From a bacterium (GTDB lineage: Bacteria; Elusimicrobiota; Elusimicrobia; UBA1565; UBA9628): DNA of 64,000 bases. How positions within the stretch are numbered: the first letter of the stretch is position 1; every line of letters begins with the position of its first letter. Under the pieces are notes generated by a model. That model did no database searches. It was not told the DNA's origin and was given only the letters and a program-made list of their open reading frames with translations. This document shows, in pieces, positions 28,464 to 38,111 of the stretch. The position numbers and the translations under genes are program-made. The stretch is taken from positions 1,052 through 65,051 of the forward strand of contig JAJZJF010000003.1 in assembly GCA_021810245.1 (NCBI GenBank), read 5' to 3'.

Positions 28464-29348
28464 CTATTTAGTCGTGGAATTAAAGTTAGAGTTGGAAGAG
28501 CCGGTATTGATAATCAGCGGCAAGCCGTCTTTGCCGGTGGGGACGAAATAATAGCGAGTCGCGGGATTATCAAAGGCTTTTAGTTCGATATATTGCTTGG
28601 TCAAGGTTTTTGAAATTTCCATTTGGGCTTGAGCCTTGGCCTTAGCCTTGACTAAAATTGCCTTGGCGTCTCCCGTCGCTTGAATATCTTCGGCGTCGGC
28701 CTGGCCTTGGGCGTTGGTGCGGGCGATATCCGCGTTTTCCTTGGCAATGTCTTCTTCGTAAACTTTTTGCTCGGCTTTCTGATGGGTTGCAATCTTATCC
28801 GATATCGCGTCGGTGACCTGGCGGTCGTATTCGATATGGTCAATTGAGACGCGGGCAATCACTATGGGCATATCAGACAAGGCCGCTTGTAGTTTTTTCA
28901 GGATATCAGACTCTATAATCGGAGAATCTTGCCCTAAACGGTTGTGCTTGTGCCAAGAAAATTCCGTTCGCGTAATAGTCACAAACGGCGGGCGGATGAC
29001 TTGGCTGTAGTAATGAGGGCCGATGGTTTGAGCTAATTGGTAGAGATCGGCCGTTTTGGGGCGATAGGTGACCGTAACGCGAACTAGGATATGAAGGGCT
29101 TCCTCGGTTAAAACATGCACTTCCTCGGTGCGGCTCTGCCAGGTTGTTTTATAGACAAAGATATTATTCCAAGGGAAATGCCAATAAAAGCCGTCGGTCA
29201 AAGGCTCTTTTTGAAGCGAGTGCTCGCGAAAAACCAATTGGCGCAATCCTTCGTGACCCGGGTCGATGAGGGTTCCGCAACCGGATAAGGAGAAGGTCAG
29301 GGCCGAAAACAAAACTAAGGTCGTTAAAAGTCCATTCAGGCGGTTCAT
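28464..29348 (-). CDS. SPFH/Band-7 (prohibitin/HflC-like) lipoprotein
   Basis: Start set at the ATG at 29348, which has an AGGAG RBS 6 nt upstream. This gives MNRLNG...FSLSGC with a lipobox. SPFH core, then an Ala/Lys/Gln-rich coiled tail. Confidence 0.8.
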   Translation of the reverse strand: MNRLNGLLTTLVLFSALTFSLSGCGTLIDPGHEGLRQLVFREHSLQKEPLTDGFYWHFPWNNIFVYKTTWQSRTEEVHVLTEEALHILVRVTVTYRPKTADLYQLAQTIGPHYYSQVIRPPFVTITRTEFSWHKHNRLGQDSPIIESDILKKLQAALSDMPIVIARVSIDHIEYDRQVTDAISDKIATHQKAEQKVYEEDIAKENADIARTNAQGQADAEDIQATGDAKAILVKAKAKAQAQMEISKTLTKQYIELKAFDNPATRYYFVPTGKDGLPLIINTGSSNSNFNSTTK

Positions 29349-29363
29349 AGGGTCTCCTTGGGC

Positions 29364-29411
29364 TATGATACAAAAAACCGGTTTCTTCGCGTCTATGTAT
29401 TTTGTATCATA
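29364..29411. promoter_or_regulatory. 12-bp perfect inverted repeat (TATGATACAAAA-N24-TTTTGTATCATA) in the divergent SPFH / gua-pur intergenic region
   Basis: Arms at 29364-29375 and 29400-29411 are exact reverse complements. The spacer begins with the palindrome AACCGGTT. Each arm contains a -10-like TATGAT pointing at the opposite gene. Confidence 0.45.
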
Positions 29412-29431
29412 TCTCTTGAAGGGAGGTGGCA

Positions 29432-30592
29432 ATGTCTTTTTTTATTGGACGAGACAGGCAGGCCCGGCGGGCTTACGGATTTGACGAAATAGCTCTGGTC
29501 CCTGGAGACTTGACGATCAACCCAGATGAGGTAGATACGCGCTTATCTATCGGCCCCATTAACCTCGAAATCCCTTTTCTCGCCTCCGCAATGGACGGCG
29601 TTGTCGATGTAGCCTTTGCCATCGCCATGGGAAAACAAGGCGGGTTGGGAGTTCTGAATTTAGACGGGGTCAACACCCGCTATGAAAATCCCCGCGAAGT
29701 TTTAAATCAAATCGCGCAGGCCAGCCCTGAAGAGGCGACGGGCCTGGTTCAGGAAATTTACCAAAAGCCGGTTAAAAAAGAACTCATTGCCAAGCGAGTC
29801 TCCGAAATTAAGGCCGCTAAGGTTTCCTGCGCGGTTTCCACCATTCCTCAAAACGCCGATGAATACGGCCTCATCGCCCAAGAAGCGGGGTGCGATCTTT
29901 TTGTCGTTCAGTCAACGGTGACCACGGTCAGGCATCAAGCCAAGAAATACACGCCATTTAATATCGGCGCTTTCTGCAAAAAAATGAAGATTCCGGTCGT
30001 TGTGGGAAATTGCGTGACTTATACGGTTGCTTCGGAATTAATGGATATCGGAGTTTCCGGGCTTTTGATTGGGGTAGGCCCCGGGGCCGCTTGTACGACG
30101 CGGGGGGTTTTGGGCTTGGGCGTTCCCCAGGTCACTGCGACGGTTGATTGCGCCGCCGCTCGAGACTATTACTACAAGAGGACAGGGCGCTATGTGCCTA
30201 TCATCACCGATGGCGGAATGTCTTCCGGGGGCGATATCTGCAAGGCAATCGCCTGTGGAGCCGATGGGGTGATGGTCGGGTCGGCCTTTGCGCGATCCAA
30301 GGAAGCGCCGGGACAAGGTTTTCATTGGGGGATGGCCACTCCACATCAAAATCTTCCGCGGGGAACGCGGATTCAGGTGGGAATTACCGGCAGCCTTGAA
30401 GAAATTTTATACGGTCCTTCGCGTTTAGACGATGGCTCTCAGAATTTGGTGGGAGCTTTGAGAACCTGCATGGGGTCTCTTGGGGCTTCCAATATCAGAG
30501 AAATGCAGTCTGCCGAAATCATTATCGCGCCAGCGATTAGGACTGAAGGAAAAATTTTTCAGAGAACCCAGAGAATTGGGATGGGGAAATGA
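29432..30592 (+). CDS. IMP dehydrogenase-family protein lacking the CBS subdomain (GuaB3-like)
   Basis: FDEIALVP, catalytic-loop-like GVGPGAACTTRGVLGLGVPQ, and GGMSSGGDICKAIACGADGVM. At about 387 aa there is no Bateman insert. ATG at 29432 is preferred (GGGAGG 5 nt upstream). Confidence 0.82.
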   Translation: MSFFIGRDRQARRAYGFDEIALVPGDLTINPDEVDTRLSIGPINLEIPFLASAMDGVVDVAFAIAMGKQGGLGVLNLDGVNTRYENPREVLNQIAQASPEEATGLVQEIYQKPVKKELIAKRVSEIKAAKVSCAVSTIPQNADEYGLIAQEAGCDLFVVQSTVTTVRHQAKKYTPFNIGAFCKKMKIPVVVGNCVTYTVASELMDIGVSGLLIGVGPGAACTTRGVLGLGVPQVTATVDCAAARDYYYKRTGRYVPIITDGGMSSGGDICKAIACGADGVMVGSAFARSKEAPGQGFHWGMATPHQNLPRGTRIQVGITGSLEEILYGPSRLDDGSQNLVGALRTCMGSLGASNIREMQSAEIIIAPAIRTEGKIFQRTQRIGMGK

Positions 30593-32163
30593 GGGGCCAA
30601 GCTTTAGAAATCTTTAAAAGCGTCAGGCCGTCGGAAAAAATTCTCATCCTCGATTTCGGAAGCCAATATACTCAATTATTGGCAAGGCGTTTGCGCGAGC
30701 TTGAGATCTTTAGCGAGATCGTCCCTTTTTCCATATCCAAGGAGAAAATTTCTGAAATAGCCCCTAAGGGCATCATTCTTTCTGGTGGCCCCTCAGGGGT
30801 TTTGGATAAAAATGCTCCGAAGACTTCCTCCGACCTTTTTTCATTGGGGATTCCCATTTTGGGTATTTGTTACGGGATGCAGCTCTTGGTTCACGAGCAT
30901 GGCGGGAAGGTTAGGTCCTCAAACCGAAGGGAATACGGCGAGGCGGAAGTTCGGTCGCTCAAAGAAAGCGCGATTTTTAGCGGGGTTTCCGGCTTGTTTA
31001 GAGTTTGGATGAGCCACGGTGATAGCGTCGAAAGTTTGGGAAATGGATTTAAGGTTATCGCCGAGACGGAAGATTGTCCCATCGCGGCCATTGAAGATGA
31101 GAAAAAGAAAATTTACGGGCTTCAATTCCACCCGGAGGTCGCTCACACCAGCCAAGGCGGGAAAATCCTCGAAAATTTCGCGCGCAATATTTGCGGAATC
31201 AAATCTCATTGGACAATTCCTTATGTCTTAAAGGAAGCCATTGCTCAGATTCAGGCTCAGGTGGGAAAATCGAGCGTTGTCTGCGCCGTTTCTGGCGGCG
31301 TCGATAGCTCAGTAGCGGCGGCTTTAATTAACAAAGCGATTGGTTCTAGGCTCCACGCATTTTTTGTCGACACTGGGCTTTTGCGCTTGGGCGAAAGGGA
31401 ACGGGTGGAAACGGTCTTAGGAAAATCCTTGGGGATTAACGTAAAAATTATCGATGCCTCCAAACTTTTTCTCAAACGCCTTAAGGGTGTTAGCGATCCG
31501 GAGAAAAAACGCAAAATAATCGGGAAAACTTTTATCGATGTTTTTGAGAAAGAAGCCCGCCAGATTAAGTCCGCAGCTTTTTTGGCCCAAGGAACCTTGT
31601 ATCCGGATGTCATTGAGTCCTCTCCTGTTAGCGGCCCATCCTCGGTGATTAAAAGCCATCACAATGTCGGCGGCCTGCCCAAAAAAATGAGCTTGCAATT
31701 AATCGAGCCCTTGCGTTTTCTTTTTAAAGATGAGGCTCGGCGATTGGGAGCGGAACTTGAGATTCCAGATGAGATTTTATTGGCCCATCCTTTTCCGGGA
31801 CCTGGGCTGGCGGTGAGAGTGATTGGCGAGGTTAATCAAGAGAGACTAGAAATTCTCCGCAAGGCCGACGCTCTATTTGTCGATGAACTCAAGAAAGCGG
31901 GATATTATTCGCAGGTTTGGCAAGCCCTTGCGGTTTTATTGCCGGTCAAAACTGTTGGAGTCATGGGAGATTCAAGAAGCTATCAAAACGCCGTCGTTCT
32001 TAGGTCGGTCACCAGCGTCGACGGAATGACGGCGGAATGGGCGCGTTTGCCGGAAAATCTGCTTCGCCGCGTTTCTGACCGGATTACGCGAGAGGTTAGT
32101 GGAATTAACCGGGTGGTTTATGACATCACCTCAAAGCCCCCTGCGACAATTGAATGGGAATGA
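30589..32163 (+). CDS. guaA: GMP synthase (glutamine-hydrolysing)
   Basis: GATase GICYGMQ...HPE, ATP-PPase SGGVDSSV, and C-terminal ...KPPATIEWE. Confidence 0.96.
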   Translation: MRGQALEIFKSVRPSEKILILDFGSQYTQLLARRLRELEIFSEIVPFSISKEKISEIAPKGIILSGGPSGVLDKNAPKTSSDLFSLGIPILGICYGMQLLVHEHGGKVRSSNRREYGEAEVRSLKESAIFSGVSGLFRVWMSHGDSVESLGNGFKVIAETEDCPIAAIEDEKKKIYGLQFHPEVAHTSQGGKILENFARNICGIKSHWTIPYVLKEAIAQIQAQVGKSSVVCAVSGGVDSSVAAALINKAIGSRLHAFFVDTGLLRLGERERVETVLGKSLGINVKIIDASKLFLKRLKGVSDPEKKRKIIGKTFIDVFEKEARQIKSAAFLAQGTLYPDVIESSPVSGPSSVIKSHHNVGGLPKKMSLQLIEPLRFLFKDEARRLGAELEIPDEILLAHPFPGPGLAVRVIGEVNQERLEILRKADALFVDELKKAGYYSQVWQALAVLLPVKTVGVMGDSRSYQNAVVLRSVTSVDGMTAEWARLPENLLRRVSDRITREVSGINRVVYDITSKPPATIEWE

Positions 32164-33053
32164 AAAACTTAAGCGCGGATCCATTAGAGGTGGCGGGAAT
32201 TCCGTTGCTGAGAGAAGGCAAGGTTCGGGATGTTTATGATTTGGGAGATAAGCTTCTGATTGTCTCCACGGATCGTCTCTCCGCCTTTGATTGGGTTTTG
32301 GAAAGTCCAATTCCGGGCAAGGGAAAGATTTTAACCGCGGCAAGTCTCTTGTGGTTTGAGCTGACTAAAAAGATAATGCCCAATCATCTGATCACGGCCG
32401 ACCTCGGAGAAATCAGAAAACAACTGCCTTCAAGCGCTCAGGCTTTGTGGGAAAATCTGGAAGGGCGGACGATGTTGGTCAAAAAAGCCAAGCGCGTAGA
32501 CGCTGAATGTATCGCTCGGGGTTATTTAGCTGGCTCGGGTTTTAAAGAATATAAGAAATCCCGCTCGATTTGCGGAGAGCCTTTGCCGGAAGGCTTGCTG
32601 GAAGCCTCGATTCTGCCCCATCCCTTGTTTACTCCGTCTACCAAGGCCGATCAAGGGCATGATCGAAATATCTCATTTGAAGAACTTAAATCCCTGATCG
32701 GATCCGAAACCGCCTCAAAGCTTAAAAAAGCCACCCTCCAAATTTACGAGTTTGCCTCTGATTATTCCAGATCTCGCGGTCTCATCTTGGCCGACACCAA
32801 ATTTGAATTCGGTTTTGTCGGCTCTGAACTGATGGTCATTGATGAAATGCTGACGCCGGATTCCTCTCGATTTTGGGATGCCAGGCTCTACCGTTCCGGC
32901 TCGTCTCCGGCCAGTTTTGACAAACAATTCATTCGGGATTATTTAGAAAAAACAGGCTGGGATAAGAACTCAAAGCCGCCGATGCTTCCGCAAGAAATTG
33001 TCGAACAGACCCAAAGCCGATACCTTCAATTTTTAAAGATGATAAAGGCCTAA
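32154..33053 (+). CDS. purC: Phosphoribosylaminoimidazole-succinocarboxamide synthase
   Basis: GKVRDVY, STDRLSAFD, ADTKFEFG and LTPDSSRFW motifs. Confidence 0.95.
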   Translation: MGMKNLSADPLEVAGIPLLREGKVRDVYDLGDKLLIVSTDRLSAFDWVLESPIPGKGKILTAASLLWFELTKKIMPNHLITADLGEIRKQLPSSAQALWENLEGRTMLVKKAKRVDAECIARGYLAGSGFKEYKKSRSICGEPLPEGLLEASILPHPLFTPSTKADQGHDRNISFEELKSLIGSETASKLKKATLQIYEFASDYSRSRGLILADTKFEFGFVGSELMVIDEMLTPDSSRFWDARLYRSGSSPASFDKQFIRDYLEKTGWDKNSKPPMLPQEIVEQTQSRYLQFLKMIKA

Positions 33054-33532
33054 TGATTGCGGCGGCGACACATAAAATAGAGGTTTCACTGAAATCAGAA
33101 TATGGCGATGCGGAATCTTTGTCTACGGCGTCTCTTTTGAAATCCTCCGGAGCCCCTTCGGTTGTTCGGGTACGCAGAAGCCGCCTCTATGAAATTCGCG
33201 GAAATTTCACCGTCACCCATATCAATCGCTTAAGCCGCGATCTTCTTTGCGATCAGATTATCGAGGACTTCCGAGTTTTGTCTCAAATGCCCTCAAGCCA
33301 AGGGCCCTTTTGGAAAATTGAGGTCAAGCTTAAACCCACGGTCTTAGACCCAGAGGCCGATACCATAAAAAGCGCGATGATTGAGATGGGCTTTCCCGCT
33401 CCGGATTTTGTCCGCGTTTCTTCGGTCTATAAAATCGAATCTAAATGCGGCAAACCCCAGATTGAAGCGGCGGCCGCGAAATGCCTTTTAAATCCAATCA
33501 TTCACCTTTATTCAGTGACGGCTTGTTCATGA
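33053..33532 (+). CDS. purS: Tandem (double-length) PurS, FGAM synthase subunit
   Basis: 159 aa, against about 80 aa for typical PurS. The second half (KIEVKLKPTVLDPEADTIKSAMIEMGF...LLNPIIHLYSV) is canonical PurS. The first half (KIEVSLKSEYGDAES...LLCDQIIEDFRV) repeats the pattern more weakly. Confidence 0.75.
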   Translation: MIAAATHKIEVSLKSEYGDAESLSTASLLKSSGAPSVVRVRRSRLYEIRGNFTVTHINRLSRDLLCDQIIEDFRVLSQMPSSQGPFWKIEVKLKPTVLDPEADTIKSAMIEMGFPAPDFVRVSSVYKIESKCGKPQIEAAAAKCLLNPIIHLYSVTACS

Positions 33533-35952
33533 CCGAAAAAATAGAAAGCGAGATCAAGTCTTCTCGGGAGATTGCTGATTTCAACTCCCTGACCCCCAAA
33601 GAGTTAATGAATTTAAGCGTTCAAAATCTTTGGTCCTTCAACGAAAAAGAAATTTTAACCGTTCAGGCGCATTTTAGGTCTCTCAAAAGAAACCCCACTC
33701 GCGCGGAAATAGAGACAATCGCCCAAAGTTGGTCGGAGCATTGCCGGCATAAAACCTTTAAGTCTCCCATTCGCTATCAGGAGGGCTCTAAAACGGTTTT
33801 AATCAAAAATCTTTTTGAGGAAACCATCGCGCGAGCCACCCGTCAGACTAAAAAGCCCTGGTGCTTGTCGGTTTTTAAAGACAATGCTGGAATCGTCAGC
33901 TTTGGCAATAAAGGCAAATGGGCCTTGGCCTTTAAAGTCGAGACCCACAATCATCCTTGCGCTATTGAGCCCAAGGGCGGCGCGGAGACCGGTCTTGGCG
34001 GGGTCATTCGGGATGTTTTAGCCGCAGGTCTTGGCGCGAAACCCGTTTTATCAACCAATGTTTTCTGTGTGGCTCCTCCAAATAAAAAACTGCCATTGCC
34101 GACCTCCGCACTTTCTCCGGAAAGAATCCTGCGCGGTCTTGTCGCCGGAGTTAGGGACTATGGAAACCGAATGGGAATTCCGACGGCGGCGGGCGGGCTT
34201 TATTTCGACGATGGATATGCCTTAAATCCCCTTGTTTTTGTCGGCTGCGTTGGGGTTTTGCCAGCTCAAGCGGTCAAAAAAGAAATTCGCCCGGGAGATT
34301 TAATTGTGGCCGCCGGAGGGTTGACCGGCAAAGACGGGCTTCATGGGGCTACTTTTTCCTCCGCCAATTTAAACGGAGACGATCACTCAACCGCGGTTCA
34401 AATTGGACATCCGCTCAATGAAAAGCGCGTCATGGAAGCGCTTTTAAAAGCGCGGGACCAAAAGCTTTACCGCTCGGTTACCGATTGCGGAGCGGGAGGG
34501 TTTTCATCGGCCGTCACCGAAATGGCGGATATCATCGGGGCTCGCGTTTTTCTTGAAAAAGAGATTCTCAAGGCTTCCGATATGGAGCCTTGGGAAATCT
34601 GGGTGTCGGAATCCCAAGAGAGGATGGTTTTTTCCGTTCCTCCCTCCAATTTAAAGGCTTTTGAAAAAGTTTTTGCCGATGAAGGAGTCAAAATTCGCGT
34701 GATCGGCGAATTTGTCAAAACGGGCCGTATTGAAGTCTCCTGGAACGGGCAGAACTTGGTTAATCTCTCGCTTAAATTTCTTAACAACGGGCTTCCGGTA
34801 GGAGAAAAAAAGGCCGTCTATAATCCTGTAAAAGCATCAGGATCCCGAGTGCCTCATCAGTCGAAGCCCTTACCGGAACAGCTTAAGGAAATTTTATCGC
34901 ATTTAAATGTCTGTAGCCGCGAATGGGTGATTCGGCAATATGATCACGAAGTTCAAGGCGGTACCGTGATTAAGCCGCTTCAAGGGGCGCGGCATGACGG
35001 TCCTGGAGATGCTTGCGTCATCTGGCCGCAGGCGGCGACTGGAGACACTTCGGATTTGTCCGGTTTTACCGTTGGGCATGGCCTCAACCCTGCTTCGGGA
35101 AAGCTGGATCCTTATTTAATGGCTTGGCTTTGCGCGGACGAAGCCCTTCGGAACATTCTTTGCGTGGGGGCCGATATTTCTCGCGCCGCGTTTTTAGATA
35201 ATTTCTGTTGGGGCAATCCCGAAAATCCCCAGGTTTTGGGTTCATTAGTGCGAGCGGCCTTGGGTTGCCGCGACGCGTCTCTGGGATTTCAGGTTCCCTT
35301 TATTTCCGGGAAAGACAGCCTTTATAATGAGTCAAAAGACGCTTTTGGGAAAACAATTTCCGTCCCAGGAACCCTTCTTATTTCCTCGATTGCTCCGATT
35401 CCTAATATCGAAAAGGCCACTACCATGGACATGAAAGGTCCGGGAAATTCGCTTTATATCGTCGGTCAAACCGGGGAAGACATGGGCGGGTCTCTTTATA
35501 ATGAATTAAACGGAGTCGCCGGCGGAAATGTTCCGCGCGTGGACGTTCGTTGCGCCAAAAGAAATTTTGCCGCGGTTTCCAAGGCGATTTCCAAGGGGTT
35601 GGTCGCCTCCGCCCATGATTTATCCGAAGGCGGGCTTTTGGCGGCCTTGACCGAGATGGCTTTCTCCGGAGAATTTGGGGCGATGATTGATTTGGACGCC
35701 ATTCCCAAACAGAAGCCTATTTATTCAGCCGATGTGTTATTGTTTTCCGAGACTCCCAGTCGGATATTGTTGGAAGTCAAACCCGAAAATGAAGCGGCTT
35801 TTATTAAATGCGTCAAGGGCTCTTGCGTTAAAAAAATTGGGGCTAGTATCGCAAACCCCATTATTAAAATTATCGGATTAGACGGGCTGGTCCTGTTTGA
35901 AGAGCCGGTGGCTCCGTTTAAGGCGGCATGGCAGAGGACGGTCTTGTCGTGA
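33529..35952 (+). CDS. purL: Phosphoribosylformylglycinamidine synthase subunit PurL
   Basis: SEHCRHKTF, ETHNHP, and two PurM-like repeats (DCGAGG...; SAHDLSEGG). The ATG at 33529 overlaps the purS stop (ATGA). Confidence 0.95.
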   Translation: MTEKIESEIKSSREIADFNSLTPKELMNLSVQNLWSFNEKEILTVQAHFRSLKRNPTRAEIETIAQSWSEHCRHKTFKSPIRYQEGSKTVLIKNLFEETIARATRQTKKPWCLSVFKDNAGIVSFGNKGKWALAFKVETHNHPCAIEPKGGAETGLGGVIRDVLAAGLGAKPVLSTNVFCVAPPNKKLPLPTSALSPERILRGLVAGVRDYGNRMGIPTAAGGLYFDDGYALNPLVFVGCVGVLPAQAVKKEIRPGDLIVAAGGLTGKDGLHGATFSSANLNGDDHSTAVQIGHPLNEKRVMEALLKARDQKLYRSVTDCGAGGFSSAVTEMADIIGARVFLEKEILKASDMEPWEIWVSESQERMVFSVPPSNLKAFEKVFADEGVKIRVIGEFVKTGRIEVSWNGQNLVNLSLKFLNNGLPVGEKKAVYNPVKASGSRVPHQSKPLPEQLKEILSHLNVCSREWVIRQYDHEVQGGTVIKPLQGARHDGPGDACVIWPQAATGDTSDLSGFTVGHGLNPASGKLDPYLMAWLCADEALRNILCVGADISRAAFLDNFCWGNPENPQVLGSLVRAALGCRDASLGFQVPFISGKDSLYNESKDAFGKTISVPGTLLISSIAPIPNIEKATTMDMKGPGNSLYIVGQTGEDMGGSLYNELNGVAGGNVPRVDVRCAKRNFAAVSKAISKGLVASAHDLSEGGLLAALTEMAFSGEFGAMIDLDAIPKQKPIYSADVLLFSETPSRILLEVKPENEAAFIKCVKGSCVKKIGASIANPIIKIIGLDGLVLFEEPVAPFKAAWQRTVLS

Positions 35953-36725
35953 AAGCGCCCAAGGTTTTGATTTTATCCGCCCCGGGAACCAATTGCGCCG
36001 TTGAAACCTCCAACGCTTTTTCTGATTTAGGGGCCAGGCCCGAGATTGTCGGGCTTCACTTATTTAAAGAAAAACGCGTGCGTCTTTTGGATTACGATAT
36101 CTTTGTCATCCCAGGAGGGTTTTCTTACGGGGATGAAATCTCAGCCGGTAAAATTCTGGCAGCGCAAGTAAAACTTCATATTGGCGATCTTAAAAATTTT
36201 ATCCGGATGGGGCGCCCAGTCATCGGAATCTGTAACGGGTTTCAGGTACTGGTTAAGGCGGGAGTATTACCCTTTTCGCCTTCTTGTGAACAGAGCGCAA
36301 GCCTGATTACCAATGATTCTGGGCGTTTTGAAAATCGCTGGGTGCATTTGCGCATCAACACCCAGAACCCCTCTTTGTTTTTCAGGGGGCTTCCTGAGAT
36401 GATTGAGCTGCCGGTCGCTCATGGAGAAGGAAAATTAGTCTTGAGAAGTCCCAAGCAGCTTGAAGATTTAAAACGCAATCGCTCGATTGCGATGCAGTAT
36501 GTTTCAGATGACGGAAAAATCGCGCCATACCCGGCCAACCCCAATGGCTCGGTTTTTAATATCGCGGCTTTGACTAACCCGGAGGGTAATTGTCTGGGAA
36601 TGATGCCCCACCCGGAAAGATACACAAAAAATTACCAGCATCCCAATTGGACGAGGCAGACTTTTCAAAAACAGGCCTTTGGCCTGGCTATTTTAAAAAA
36701 CGCAGTCGACTACTGCCGGGGTTAA
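35928..36725 (+). CDS. purQ: Phosphoribosylformylglycinamidine synthase glutaminase subunit PurQ
   Basis: GFSYGD, catalytic GICNGFQ, and MPHPER. An alternative GTG start at 35949 overlaps the purL stop. Confidence 0.93.
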   Translation: MAEDGLVVKAPKVLILSAPGTNCAVETSNAFSDLGARPEIVGLHLFKEKRVRLLDYDIFVIPGGFSYGDEISAGKILAAQVKLHIGDLKNFIRMGRPVIGICNGFQVLVKAGVLPFSPSCEQSASLITNDSGRFENRWVHLRINTQNPSLFFRGLPEMIELPVAHGEGKLVLRSPKQLEDLKRNRSIAMQYVSDDGKIAPYPANPNGSVFNIAALTNPEGNCLGMMPHPERYTKNYQHPNWTRQTFQKQAFGLAILKNAVDYCRG

Positions 36726-36734
36726 AATTTTCCC

Positions 36735-38111
36735 ATGTGCGGAATTTTCGGGATTGAAAATCATCCAGACTCGGCGCATTTAACTTATTTAAGCCTTTTT
36801 GCCCTTCAGCATCGCGGTCAAGAGTCGGCTGGGATCGCGTCCACAGCGCACGGGAATATCAATTTTCATGTTGGAATGGGAATTACCTCCGATGTTTTTT
36901 CAGAAAAGCGAATTGAAAAGCTAAGCGGGGTTTCGGCCATCGGGCATGTGCGCTATTCAACGACCGGCTCTAGTCATATAAAAAACGCTCAGCCCTTGGT
37001 CTCTAAAACCAGGCATGGAGTTTTGGCCCTGGGACACAACGGCAATCTGACCAATGCCCCAAGCATCAGAAAAAACCTGGAAGAACGCGGAGCGATTTTT
37101 CATTCCGCAACCGATTCCGAGGCGGTTTTGCATTTAATCGCTCATGGAAAGGGGGATTTTGAAGAATCCTTGATAGAAGCTCTTCAGGTCATCGAGGGAG
37201 CTTATTCTCTGGTGATTTTAACCCCTGATCAGATGATTGCCTGCCGCGACCCCCACGGATTTCGTCCCTTGGTACTTGGCAAATTAGGCGATTCTTATGT
37301 CGTCAGCTCCGAGACCACCGCCTTGTCTTTAATTAAGGCTTCTTATATCCGGGAAATCGAGCCGGGGGAGATTGTTTTTATTAAGAAAGGAATTTTAAAA
37401 AGCGTAAAAATCCCAATTCGTAAAACCTTTTCGCGTTGCGTGTTTGAGTTGGTCTATTTCTCCCGTCCTGATTCATTGGTCTTTGGAAAAGGGGTTCAGT
37501 CTGTCCGGCAAGCCTTAGGCCGGGCTCTAGCGCAAGAAATGAAAGGGGTTAAAGCGGATATAGTGATGCCGGTTCCCGATTCCGGAGTTCCGGCGGCGCT
37601 TGGATTTTCAAGAGAATCTCAGATTCCCTTTGAGGTCGGGCTTGTGCGCAGCCACTATATCAGCCGCACCTTTATCCGCCCCAGCCAAGCTCTTAGAGAG
37701 ATCGCGGTTGATTTGAAATTAAGTCCAGTTAAAGAAGCTCTTAAAGGCAAAAAAGTCATCTTAATTGACGATTCAATCGTCCGCGGAACCACCTCCCGCA
37801 AGATTGCCCAGAGTTTAAGAGATGCGGGAACTCGAGAAATCCATATGGGAATTACCAGCCCTCCGATTATTTCTTCCTGTTATTATGGAATTGATACGCC
37901 TAAATCCGAAGCCTTGATCGCCAATCAACGTAGTTTAGATGAAATCCGTGAGTTTATTGGAGTCGACAGCCTCCATTATCTTAGTTTGGAAGCGATGCTT
38001 GAGGCCGCCGGGGGCGCTCATTTTTGCGATGCCTGCTTTACTAAAAATTATCCGACTCCAACGCCTGATCAGATGCCAATTGCGGCCGGGAAAGGGGGCC
38101 TTGAGCGTTGA
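36735..38111 (+). CDS. purF: Amidophosphoribosyltransferase
   Basis: N-terminal MCGIFGI (Ntn Cys), PRTase loop ILIDDSIVRGTT, and C-terminal Cys residues. Confidence 0.96.
   Translation: MCGIFGIENHPDSAHLTYLSLFALQHRGQESAGIASTAHGNINFHVGMGITSDVFSEKRIEKLSGVSAIGHVRYSTTGSSHIKNAQPLVSKTRHGVLALGHNGNLTNAPSIRKNLEERGAIFHSATDSEAVLHLIAHGKGDFEESLIEALQVIEGAYSLVILTPDQMIACRDPHGFRPLVLGKLGDSYVVSSETTALSLIKASYIREIEPGEIVFIKKGILKSVKIPIRKTFSRCVFELVYFSRPDSLVFGKGVQSVRQALGRALAQEMKGVKADIVMPVPDSGVPAALGFSRESQIPFEVGLVRSHYISRTFIRPSQALREIAVDLKLSPVKEALKGKKVILIDDSIVRGTTSRKIAQSLRDAGTREIHMGITSPPIISSCYYGIDTPKSEALIANQRSLDEIREFIGVDSLHYLSLEAMLEAAGGAHFCDACFTKNYPTPTPDQMPIAAGKGGLER

Noticed and set aside
29364-29411. Possible purine or ZTP riboswitch in front of the gua/pur operon
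   Set aside because: The sequence forms a simple AT-rich hairpin or palindrome. It lacks the three-way junction and conserved loops of the purine riboswitch, and the GGGUCGUGACCGG.../CCGCCUGGGCA core of ZTP. It is kept only as an inverted-repeat finding.
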